42,495 nt of DNA from Phoronis australis (lineage: Eukaryota > Animalia > Phoronida). A program made the position numbers and the translations under genes. The notes beneath the pieces were generated by a model that saw only the letters and a program-made list of their open reading frames with translations, did not search any database and was not told the DNA's origin. Positions 1 to 10,932 of this stretch are shown here, piece by piece. The stretch covers positions 46,844 through 89,338 of the forward strand of contig NMRA01000586.1 in assembly GCA_002633005.1 (NCBI GenBank). The letters are read 5' to 3'. Within the stretch, counting starts at the first letter, position 1, and each line of letters starts with the position of its first letter.

Positions 1-455
1 AACATGTTTTGTCAACATTTTGGCTAAGTTTCATTCTCATAACAGTGGGGGCAGATTTGGTACAGCAGTGTACTGAACACAACCTCAAAATGGCATAACG
101 GGGGGCAGTGTAGTAAAACTACTAAATGAGGGTGGTAAATCGGAATCGTGTTTCAAGACATCTGTGTAACAATCTACAGGCACCACTAAACAATGCCAAG
201 TGAATAATAAATCAATAGCTTTCATTCAAGGAAAAATCTGAACAGTTAAAACTGGACAGTTTTTATACCGTGAAAACATGGCTGCGAAGCCGCAAAATGT
301 GTTTGAGCCTATAACTTTAGAAAAACGCAACATTTTCAAGAAATATTTTACCGCTGTTTAAAGATCCCATAGGACTACCTATGTGCCAAATTTGGTGAAA
401 ATCGGCTGACCCCCACCTTGCCGCTCATGGCTGGTGCTCTCGTGGACTAGTACTT
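1..455. repeat. Terminal segment of an interspersed repeat, probably a DNA-transposon end (copy 1, cut by the window edge)
   Basis: Near-identical direct copy of 10477-10932. Both copies end ...GGTGCTCTCGTGGACTAGTACTT and then diverge. Confidence 0.85.
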
Positions 456-882
456 AATAAAATTACGAAAAGGTGTAATTGAGTGGAAAATATGTCTAGG
501 ATAACCAACCAACCTTATTTTAGCTCAAAATGACATGGAAAAAGGTTGCCTTCGCCTTAAATAGCTCATTTTAGGGCGCTATCCTTGTCACGGAAATAGT
601 TCCACGAGTGGCTACCAAAGGCCCAGCTCTACTTAAAGTCCAATACCCACACGTTGTTAGCCCTTATTACATGGTTAGAGGATGTTATAAGGATCCAAGA
701 AGTACCTACCTCATAACTAATACACAATCCGTAACCGAATAAAGTTTAAATAAACGCGCCTCTCACGATTCGAACCCGAAGAACACACCGCCATTTTGAA
801 CTTACCGCGCACCCGGAAGTACAATTCATTCAGGAACAAAGAACAAATGCTCTAATACATTTACAACGACTTATTTCAACCT

Positions 883-1596
883 ATGCCTACCACCAACATC
901 TACGGTCCTGCAGACAATACCAACGACACCATGAAAAAAGTCAAACACAACAGAAGGTTCCGTAGACAAATCACCAAGAAAACAATAACCAGCGTAACAA
1001 ACAACTTATCAAACCATAACTTAACTGATAGCGAGTTTACCCTACTTTCTAAAGGACTAAACTTCTGTCCTACCAAAACTAATATTGACAAAGACGAATT
1101 ACTCATTGATATTATACTTTCGCTAGACGTCTTAGATTGGCAACATATTTTGACAATCCCACCAAAGATGAAAACGAGAACTCCCCCTTAGAAATTAACC
1201 CTTTCAAGAAAAAAACAATTGGAATCCACCCAAAAGTCAAAACCATGCCCTCCAAAGTTACATTGAAGCAATTACTAATGACTTCATGAATTACAAAAGC
1301 ATAACTACAAATATAATATTACTAAGTTCGAAAAAGATGCCCTCACAAGTCTCGATAAAAACAAAGAAATCATAATTAAACCAGCTGATAAAGGATCAGC
1401 AGTTGTTATAATGGACAAGCAGAAATATATTGACGAGGCTCTCCGACAACTTAATGACACAGCATACTTCAAACTTTTAGATAATAACCCCAACGCAAAA
1501 CATATCAACCTTATAACTAAAACTATTTTGAATGCTTTCCACTTAGGTCACATTGTTAAAGACACCAAAACTACCTCATTCCTAATGATGCTCAAC
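883..1596 (+). mobile_element. Penelope-like retroelement, N-terminal pre-RT region, frameshifted and 3'-truncated
   Basis: Across frameshifts it reads NNLSNHNLTDSEFTLLSKGLNFCPT...ARRLRLATYF...WNPPK...EKDALTSLDKNKEIIIKPADKGSAVVIMDKQKYIDEALRQLND. LSKGLNF and IKPADKG are characteristic PLE motifs. The RT core is absent. Confidence 0.9.
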
Positions 1597-1809
1597 TTTT
1601 ATCAATTCAATTTATTTTTATTTTATTTAAATTTGCAATTGGTTTTGAGTAAAAGCATATTATTTGACAAAATAGCTCGGCTTTTCTTAAACGGTCACGA
1701 CCTCCGACCCCGGGACTCTGACATAGAAAGTAGATACCAAGCCGAGGCGAGTGGAGAAAGGTAACTCGATCGATTCATTACAATGTTTTTCGTTTAGTAT
1801 GTGGTATAA

Positions 1810-1973
1810 ATAGATTATTACATGTTCTCAGCCGTTATCCCCCTTATCGTCAGCCCTCGTGGTTGTTGTAGAACTACCACCCTCGGGGTTAACGCCCCTC
1901 GGGCGATAATTCTCGAAAATCCACTCGGGCGCTACATAACGGGAAATAACGATTTCGCCAGGTAATAATATAT
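1810..1973. mobile_element. Short MITE-like element
   Basis: Imperfect 15-bp terminal inverted repeats, ATAGATTATTACATG (1810-1824) and CAGGTAATAATATAT (1959-1973), with internal CCTCGG/CTCGGG repeats. Confidence 0.5.
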
Positions 1974-2097
1974 AAATGTGTAAATATCTTTTTTCAGTGA
2001 GGCGTGGAATATGTTGCAAATAGTTTATCCCGTTCAATCCGCCATCTTTTTGATCACATCACGTGACCTAATGTATATAAGTCCGCAAAGACTTCTG

Positions 2098-2169
2098 CCC
2101 CCGACCGGGACTCGAACACAGGACCTTCTGCTAACCGTGCAGACGCTCTAGCCACTGAGCCATCGGGAA
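2098..2169 (-). pseudogene. tRNA-like sequence (tRNA pseudogene or SINE head)
   Basis: The minus strand reads TTCCCGATGGCTCAGTGGCTAGAGCGTCTGCACGGTTAGCAGAAGGTCCTGTGTTCGAGTCCCGGTCGGGGG, with A box TGGCTCAGTGG, B box GTTCGAGTCC and anticodon stem TCTGC/GCAGA. The loop ACGGTTA lacks U33 and the T stem has a mismatch. Confidence 0.7.
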
Positions 2170-2713
2170 CACTGCTCAGACACAGAAATCCAATTGCACT
2201 TGGTATTGGGCATCTGTGTCTGCCCTGCGGTCAAGGGTTGTTGATTGGGTTTCAGAACAATCCCACATATCATGGTGGCAATTTTCATTAAAATCTGTCA
2301 ATCAATTGTGTATATAAGAAATTTTGCGGGAACGCCCTTCCTCCAAAATTCAGAGAAGTCTTATCCCTGGGCCAGGGCTGGTGCAGATTGAAAAGCCTGT
2401 TGATACTGTACACACTTGAGCCACGGGTGTTGGAGATATTGAGAGAACTAGACAAGAAGGAAGCCGGACAGGATGGTCCGGGGGGGGGCTCTGGAGTGAC
2501 ATATTCCTCGCCATAAGGACTGGTTCCCGCAAATTGTCGTCACGTACCCTTGTGTCAACTTTCATTGAAATCCATCATGCGCATACCTCGATATCATCCG
2601 TAGGCTCGCGCCAGCCACTCGCCTGCTCGCAATTGGCGAATTCTCAGCGGCACTGGCGATGGTAGAGCTAAGTTCGTTCGCCAACTTAGTGAATGTTTTC
2701 TCAACTTGACAAT

Positions 2714-4418
2714 ACAAGAGCCACGCGGAGCGTTGAAATGCGCCCACGAATGAATCGCAAACGGTGTGCTTTTAGGGTTATTTATTTGCATCACAAAAAT
2801 GGCCACTAGAGGGTGCAAAAACGAACAATCCATCCAAAAACTGGAACATATGCCATATTTCATAAAAATCTGTCAAGGAACTTCAGAGAAACAATGGAAA
2901 ACAGAACATAATGAAATTGCCACTGGTGGGCACAGCATACATTCGATCCGCCTGAAAGTCGTCGTCTGTTATCTTCATATAAATTCACTTACTAAATGCA
3001 ATAAAGATCCTACAATGGGTTTTGAGATACAGCTATGGGCAAAAACAAAACAAAACTATCAATACGAGGCGCCACCGTAGTCAGTCGCCATCATCAAACG
3101 TTCTCTTCACACTGAAAACATATAGGCCAATTTTTAAAACCACCCCTTGAATGATTTGGTGGATCGAGGGGTGGACGCCAAAAACAGGATTCGAAAACAA
3201 TAAAAATGGCCACTACTTGGCGCGAAATACCTCGATTCCATCCAAAAACAGGATGATAGCGTCATCTCAGCAATAGATGCCCATATTCCAAATTCTATGA
3301 AAATCTGTTGTGGACCTTTGAAGATAAATACTGGTAAACGTAAAAAAATAAAATTGCCACTAGGGGGCACACCAGTAGTCAGATCCGTCCGAAAGTCGTC
3401 GTCGTCCGTTGTCAACATCACATAAACACACTTGCTATATTAAATAAAGATCCTGCAAACGGTTTAGGGGATACAGCCATGAGCGCAAAAACGCAAAATT
3501 GCCACTAGGAGGCGCCACAGTTGTTGAACTCATCGGAAAATCGTCGTCAGCCGTACACTTCATAGTAAAAACATACATGACGAGTGGACGCCAAAAGCAG
3601 ACTAGAAAACAGTAAAAATGGCCACTAGATGGCGCACACTAGGTCGAATCCATCTGGAAACGGAGAGATAGCGTCACCTCATGTATGCCAAATTTTATGA
3701 AAATACGTTGAGTACCTTTGAACAAACAGAGGTAAACGTAAAAAAAATAAAATTGCCACGAGGTGGCACACCAGTATTCGGATCTGTCCGAAAGTTGTCG
3801 TCATCCATTGTCAACATCATATAAATACACTTACTAAATTTAGATCCTGCAAACGCTTTAGGCGATTATAGCCACAGGTGCAAAAAACAGAACTGCCACT
3901 ACGAGGCGCCACAGTTGTCGAAATCGTCGGAAAATCATGGTCAGTCGTCCACTTCATAGTAAAAACATACGTGCCAATTTTCACAATCATCCCTTCAGCA
4001 GTTTGGTTGATAAAGTGGTGAACACAAAAACAGACTTGAAAACAGTAAAAATGGCCACTAGGTGGCGCAAACTACGTCGATTCCATCCGAAAACGAGAGG
4101 ATACCGTCGTCTCACAAATAGATGCCTATATGCCGAATTTTGTGAAAATATGTTGAAAACCTTTGAAGATACAGAGGTAAACGTACAAAACTAAAATTGC
4201 CACTAGGGGGCACACACCGGTAGTCGGATCCGTCCGAAACTTCGCTCATGCCGTTCCATCTATAAAAGGAACACGTGCAAAATTTCATGAACATACGTCA
4301 ACCGGTGTTGGAGATAGAATAGCGGACGCCAGACGCTGGACGGACAACGGACGGACGCGGCCTGTACAGAGATGACGGCATAATGCGTACACATATAAAT
4401 ACGTGGCCTCATAAAAAA
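2714..4418 (+). mobile_element. Helentron-associated (HINE/DINE-1-like) non-autonomous element with an internal ~140-bp tandem array
   Basis: The 5' ACAAGAGCCACG is an imperfect inverted match to the 3' CGTGGCCTC, which is followed by an A run. A GGAC microsatellite lies at about 4322-4360. The core is degenerate ~120-160-bp units arranged as a ~410-440-bp trimer. Confidence 0.6.
2803..4213 (+). promoter_or_regulatory. Array of about 11 co-oriented CTCF-consensus-like motifs
   Basis: Strong matches: CCACTAGAGGGTGC 2803, CCACTAGGGGGCAC 3357 and 4200, CCACTAGGAGGCGC 3502, CCACTAGATGGCGC 3622, CCACGAGGTGGCAC 3756, CCACTAGGTGGCGC 4055. Weaker copies at 2920, ~3060, 3210 and 3896. Binding is not demonstrated. 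Confidence 0.55.
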
Positions 4419-4600
4419 CTAATTTAGGGAAAAGCTATTCGCGTGTCGCCTCACACTCCACTTGAATGGAGTGGCGCCCCAAACGACATTTTTACTTCGA
4501 TTCAGAGTTGGTAAGGGGGATTCCCCTCACCCTCTGAAGAAAAAATTGTAATGTACATAAAAAAGGTCTTTTCCTTGTATTATATTTAGCACACTGTTTG

Positions 4601-5287
4601 CTCACATTTTATTTAGGCCAGAACAGAAGCACGAACTTTAAAATTAGCGCGTAAGTAAATAACGACATATCTATCCAATCCAACGTTTTGGTTTATTCCA
4701 CTAAACCATTGTCAAGGAAACAGTTCACCAACTCAATCCAGGGCACCTTCGGATGTTTGTCATGGGCATGAACTGAAGAAAGTATTTCTCAATCTCCCCT
4801 ATTTAGGTAATAGTAGTAGTGTAGTCGAGAAGCAGATCAAGAGAATGCTTGGAACTAGTGACTAGTGACTGTGAACAGTTTTACATTGGAATGACGAACA
4901 GGGTTCTTAGCATAAGAGTAAAAGAACACTGTAAAGACACACACAGTGCCGTTCTCAATCATTCCTTGACAATTGCTCTGGTGTTCAGATACTAGACAAG
5001 GATAATGCCACCCTCAGGCTCCTCATAAAGGAGACTATGCATATAAGGTTGAATCATGCTGAGCGTTACTTCAATAGAAACATTAGTTCGTTTGAGCTCC
5101 AACTGTTTTGATTCCTGGTCTCTCCCCTCACAATGCACTTTGAGGTGTACCTGTGCAGTCTCTTCTCTACCTGTGTCGCTTGTTTTGAGTTTGTGAACTG
5201 TTTCCTTGACAATGGTTCAGTGAAATAAACCGAAACGTTGGCCTGCACAGATATGTCGTTATTTACTTACGCGCTAATTTTATGGTT
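4601..5287 (+). mobile_element. Internally deleted Penelope-like element with inverted terminal pLTR segments and an 11-bp target-site duplication
   Basis: Coding remnants: KKVFLNLPYLGNSSSVVEKQIKRML, CEQFYIGMTNRVLSIRVKEH (GIY-YIG YIG motif) and QILDKDNATLRLLIKETMHI...NRNISSFELQLF*. About 100-bp inverted repeats at 4633-4736 and 5185-5288. Flanking direct repeat CACACTGTTTG at 4590-4600 and 5288-5298. Confidence 0.85.
5204..5241 (+). ncRNA. Minimal PLE-type hammerhead ribozyme variant (U3:A8 core)
   Basis: CC-TTGACAA-T-GGTT-cagtgaaata-AACC-GAAA-CGTT-GG: core UUGAcAA in place of CUGANGA, stem II GGTT/AACC, GAAA, and palindromic AACGTT. A degenerate inverted copy lies at about 4680-4717. Confidence 0.6.
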
Positions 5288-7545
5288 CACACTGTTTGGG
5301 AAACTAAACAAAAAATAGAAAGTTTGTTCCATTCAGGATGTGTGTATTGTCACTAGACTGAAAAAATCAAGATCTGTAAATCTTTGTAGTAAGATAATCT
5401 GTGTAGAGTTGCATGTTAGACAGATAATCCACAGCATGAGTACAGGACTTGATGTATCTTGAAGCTCTCAAAAGAGAAGTCTACTACTTTAATGCCGTTG
5501 AGAGACCATTTAAGATTATCAGAAGACAATGAAGTTGCATCCGAAAGGACATGAAAAATATATCCTAGAGTACATGTCTAAAATTCATTACATCGCACAG
5601 AACTGCAATTTACAAGTCTATACTGAACAAGACCATATCCTCAACAAATTCACAACTCGAGCCCACCAGTGCTCAACAGGGGCAAAAATCTCCGCTGGAA
5701 ACTAGGAGTGACAGCATATGTGTTCTCGCGCTTGTATACCTGGACTTGGCTTCATAGAAGATCGTGACCAAAAAAAACGTCAAAACTCCGTATCTGAATT
5801 TGGCATTTGCATTTTTACGTTTCTAAACGTTTTCTCCGAGCGCTTTACTCGTAAATTTCAAGTCGTTTGGCTACGAGCGTCGCCAGTGGTTGCCGGGGAC
5901 ATCGTAGTTCTTAAGTATCAGTCCATGGATCCACCGACCACAGTACAGCCAACATGCGGCAAGATGGGGGGTCAACCATTCAGATCCATGTTTAGTCTGA
6001 TAAATCACATTAGGGATGAGAGAAAATGGGTGAAGTATGACACCACAAAGTTTGGTGGTTTAGGAGATACAAGGGAAGTGTTCTGGGGGGCAAAATGAGG
6101 CAATTTCTGGGTGTGGAATGAGTCATTTTTGACCAAATTTTCTACTCCAGTTTCTGCTTCAAACAGAATCGTTTCTGAACAATTTTGATATCACATGATA
6201 GGTTCATGATCAATGTCAATAAAAACGGCACCGACACTGCAATATCGGTTACCATGGTAACACTGGAACTGTTTCCGTGGAGGTACGTTTCCGTCTTGTG
6301 AAAAACCAGCAGTAAGCTGTACCCTTATAGCGAAGCTGCCCCCACGAGAAAACTAAAAATAATAACATGAACATGTAGAAGACTCCATGCCCTTGAAATT
6401 AATACAATAAAAACTTTGTCAGCCCTTCAGGCAGGCTTGGTAATAGGTGTCTGAATTTCACTATTTTCAGACCGCGTATGTGTATTTGTCATGTTAAACC
6501 AGTCACTAGTTGTGCGCCGTTTCTACGCATTAATATGCCGTGGTATAATACAACAATTAAAACAATTGGTTTGCTTAAATGTTTTTAATTAATTTTAAGG
6601 ACACTAGCATTTCCCAATAAAATATGAAATTATACTAAATTTGTTCATCCAATTCGTCTGAATACCAAACTAAAGCTTACAATGCGTTAGTTGAATGATG
6701 GCTGACCTAAAGTGCGGGTTTGCGAATTTATCCATTTATCTGCCACTGCCAGTCGCATCAAATGTGGTATTTCTACAAATTGCGGAGAGAAACAACTTTG
6801 GAAACTCTAGGGAAATGCACAAGGTATAGAGCGAGACATTTGACCGCCTTATAAGAGTACGTGGAGCTGATGTGGAGGTGGAACGTGTCCTCCTGAGTAG
6901 TCTGTCTCAGTGTCTGCCTCGGAGGCACTGTGTGCAGCAGGAGCTACATAATCTACCGTATTAGGTTCACTTGCCCGAATCATCGTTACAACACTCGAGG
7001 CGTCGCCAAAGACACTTAGAACATCCACTGCACACTAGAGGAGAAATCTGATAGAGGTCTGAAAAATGACCAAAGACGTTAAGTCAAGGTTCAACGTCCT
7101 GTTCGTGTGAGCTCAGGTAGGAATCACTAAACTCCAGGGTCTGACCCTGAGGAATATTTTTAGAAGCACGTCATTCATGCAAAAATACTTTTATTGACAC
7201 ACCGTGATTGCTTATAACTTGGGCCTTATTGCTTAATCATATCTTATTCAAATGTGTTGATGTTTATGCTACTACATGTATACATTGGCATAGAAAATAG
7301 GTAGTCATCATAACTTTTCATAACAACCACCAAATGTGTAACATGACTTCTGCCCATGAACTACTTTTAGAGACTAGGGAGTATGTTTTGTCTACTAATG
7401 ATTTTCTGCGATTATGAAGTTAATTAAACATGCTAAAGCCCTCAAAAATATTGGTGTCTTCACTTTAGCTTGGTATTCATATTTTGTGAGCCAAAATGGC
7501 CACATTAAATTTAATATGTTTAATTTTCCATTAATACAATTTTAG

Positions 7546-7815
7546 GAATCAGGAAAGGCTTATGCTGAAGAAGTGGCTTCTGCTGAAGTTGGAGACTTGC
7601 CGATTATTAGTAAAGGTTGGGTATGGAAAAGTTCACAACCAGCAAGAAGGTACCCTTCTGGGCGACTAAGTGAGGGGGCTAGAAAGAGGCCGAAAAGTCT
7701 ACTCCCGGAAGATATGTCAAAGAGAATTTGTAGCTCGAGGATCGAGTTGGGGAAAAAGTTTTTGCCAAAGATTACTGGCTTATACCACAACAGGTCCAAA
7801 CTAATTTGTTGAGAT
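7546..7815 (+). pseudogene. Decayed C-terminal exon of a DNA-transposon protein (possibly Sola3-like)
   Basis: Follows the acceptor TTTTAG. With one frameshift it reads LPIISKGWVWKSSQPARRYP...PEDMSKRICSSRIELGKKF/AKDYWLIPQQVQT, resembling a GWALK...P.DVS..MR..R...G...F....WLTPQQI motif I recall from invertebrate transposase-like proteins. Family is tentative. Confidence 0.35.
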
Positions 7816-10476
7816 AGGCCACTTTCAGCAAATGTGGGGAAACTCGGACAGAGGAAGTGGAGTATGCATGGAAAGAGGCAATCTGCGATTGTCAAGGATG
7901 TAGCATTGTAAAAATTCAAAGGGAGGAAACAGTACAGTGGCTGGACCTGTAAATACTCTGGCTGATCTGCTGAATCCAGTGGGGGCATTATTGTATCAGC
8001 ACAGCTGTGTAGGGAAGTAGGCTTGTGTGTTGTCGCAAGCTTTGTTTGCACCAGAACTGCTTGTGTGAACAGCACAAATCTAAAATTTACCTAGTCTAAG
8101 ACTGAATTTTTGTCCAGGCACGGATTATGATCCTGGGCCACATGGTAATGATACATTGTTCATTTTGTTTAGCCACTGGATTTTTTGGTCTGACAGGATT
8201 TCTCAGTGTCGCCATCACATTTAGATGATTTCTGACCACTGTACTATTCCTTTTCCTTGAAGATGCGTAATTGATCTGAATTTATGTTTCCGCATTTTAT
8301 TTAACATTATAGATTTTTGTTTGTAAATGGGTATATATTACTGAAATTTGAGACCCTGTTGCAGTTAGGCTGGTTTTGTTAACTTATCTTTCTGCCTGGG
8401 TTGTAAACCCATATTCTGTCCAGGAGGTAATAAGTTTTGATTTAGACCATTTACCTCTATAAACTTTGCTCAGTTTGTTCCTTATCCAGATGGGAAGTGA
8501 TTTCTGGAATTGTAGCAAATTGACAGTTTGCTATTCCTTGAGACCATGCTGTGTGTAAAAAATCGCACACTATTAGTCTGGTCTCTAGCAATTGCATATT
8601 GCCAGATCTTTCAAAGTTCTGAAATTGCTCAAAAGTGATCTGGAAGTAATACCTATTTCGTGATGGTAAAATATCTAAATCAAAAGTTGTTTTATGTGAT
8701 TTTAGGCGAGTTTATGTCCACTTCAAATGATTTTTGTTGCAGTACTGAAAAGTATTGGCACATTAGCTCTGGTGGCTCCTTGTTTTTTTGGCGAATTGAC
8801 CATTTTATGGTTCCCATGGGTAATTTTGTTACTGGTCTAGTATGTATGTACAACTGTAATCGTAGGGCAATTGTAATGCAAACCATGTTGTAAAGGTATT
8901 TTTTCATGACCATTTCATTGTAAAATGCTGCCTAATTGGAACCGACAAGCCAATTTTTCATTTTGTGGTGGTTAGTTTTGATAAGAACATTGATGTGGTA
9001 AATACAGCTACCTCAAGTTTGTGAAGAAGAGATTTCCAGTGTTGTCAGCGATATTGCGAAATCACTTTTTCGCAGTGAGACTACATCACCTTAAATGTAA
9101 TTCCCTGACTTTATGAGCTTTGTGTGGTTGACTCTGTCCTGTAGCAATTAGAGTGTTGAAAAGATCTAGAAGGCAATTTTTTATTAGAGTCATAATATTT
9201 GCACTTTTGACTTTACAGTTATCTTTGCATTGTATTACGAAAACATATTTTGTAGTACACAAGTCTCTGGTTGGTATTTTATATTTTTTCACAAGGAATA
9301 TTTTCAACTTAGATGAGTTGTCTGTGAGGTAGGCAATTTTCAAATAAGATAATGAATAAAATTGTCAAACATTGTTTTATTTTTTAGATGTGTGATCTTC
9401 CAATAAGTGATTACTTTTAAAAAACCTGTGCAGAATTTGATTTTTACTCTTCATTTGAAGGAGAATAAATCCATAAACCTGCATTGTCTAGAAATTTTAC
9501 TCAAACTACATATTACAGGGTTGGGGATTGGAATCTTAATACAACAGAGTCTGAACCCGTACCATGAGCAATACAACACAATACACGGATATAAAAATTT
9601 GGTGTTCAGGCTCCACGGAAAGGATTCGTGTGCGCGGTAATAGTTACTAAGGTGCGTGGTCATTGTTTGTGGATACTTTGGGATTCCTCTTCTGTGGTCA
9701 TCCACGGGAAACCTGGTCGAATAGAGAACAATAGATTAGCATCTTCATTGTTTCCGTTGTTATAATAAAGATATAATGACGAGCACTTATCGGCAACGGT
9801 CTGATGTACGCAAGGTTCTATATCCATGCGACCTGTGTTGTTACATCCAACAATGACACAACAAAGGAAAACAATGATAGGACCGATGGGCGAAAAACAT
9901 GCGACGAGTTGCCATGGACAGTGGTGGAGTTTGTCTTGTCATTCGAATGTTTTTACAGAACTGCAAACCCGGTATTTCGTCAGGAAAATTTCTGCGGTCT
10001 TTTGTTTTAAGTCGTGGGAAAAATTGCGGTCATGCAACAAAACTTATCCTTCATTTGATATTACAATGCATTGCATGAACATTTGATCAACAGAAAATCT
10101 GACTTGAATATGTGTGAAGAAATACCCATGAGGAAATTGCAAAGTAAAACAACTGTAAATCAAAATAACCTACATTTGTCGAGTTCATGTCTAACCCTGT
10201 TCACTGTGGAGGACATAATCGGCTTTTTACAAAATGGAGCCATGTATGGTATTTAGGGGTACTATAGCCCTAAGTGATCAGTAGTAAAACGTTCAAAACA
10301 TTCAGGAGGAACTAACTTGTTGCAAAATATCGAAAAACATGCAGGACAATCGGATTTTACGGTGCTTACGCATCGGTCTCAGATGTATGAAAATTTCTCA
10401 TTTTAGTACATTTGAGGTGCCAAAATATATAACTAATAAACTGGCTGACAAAGTTTTTATTTTATGAAATGAAAGT

Positions 10477-10932
10477 AACATGTTTTGTCAACATTTTGGC
10501 TAAGTTTCATTCTCATAACAGTGGGGGCAGATTTGGTACAGCAGTGTACTGAACACAACCTCAAAATGGCATAACGGGGGGCAGTGTAGTAAAACTACTA
10601 AATGAGGGTGGTAAATCGGAATCGTGTTTCAAGACATCTGTATAACAATCTACAGGCACCACTAAACAATGCCAAGGGAATAATAAATCAATAGCTTTCA
10701 TTCAAGGAAAAATATGAACAGTTAAAACTGGACAGTTTTTATACCGTGAAAACATGGCTGCGAAGCCGTAAAATGTGTTTGAGCCTATAACTTTAAGAAA
10801 AACGCAATATTTTCGGGAAATATTTTACCGCTGTTTATAGATCCCATAGGCCTACCTATGTGCCAAATTTGGTGAAAATCGGCTGACCCCCACCTTGCCG
10901 CTCATGGCTGGTGCTCTCGTGGACTAGTACTT
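10477..10932. repeat. Copy 2 of the repeat at 1-455
   Basis: Direct repeat differing by only a handful of substitutions and one indel; it may extend further left. Confidence 0.85.

Noticed and set aside
2098-2169. Functional tRNA-Thr(GGT)
   Set aside because: Lacks U33, has a T-stem mismatch, and GGT is atypical for eukaryotic Thr tRNAs.
2803-4213. CRISPR-like array (regularly spaced conserved motif)
   Set aside because: The intervening sequences are homologous to each other, too long and cyclic. There are no cas genes and the context is eukaryotic.
1-10932. LTR pair of one retrotransposon
   Set aside because: No CA end, PBS, PPT or gag-pol between the copies; the interior is a mix of unrelated elements.
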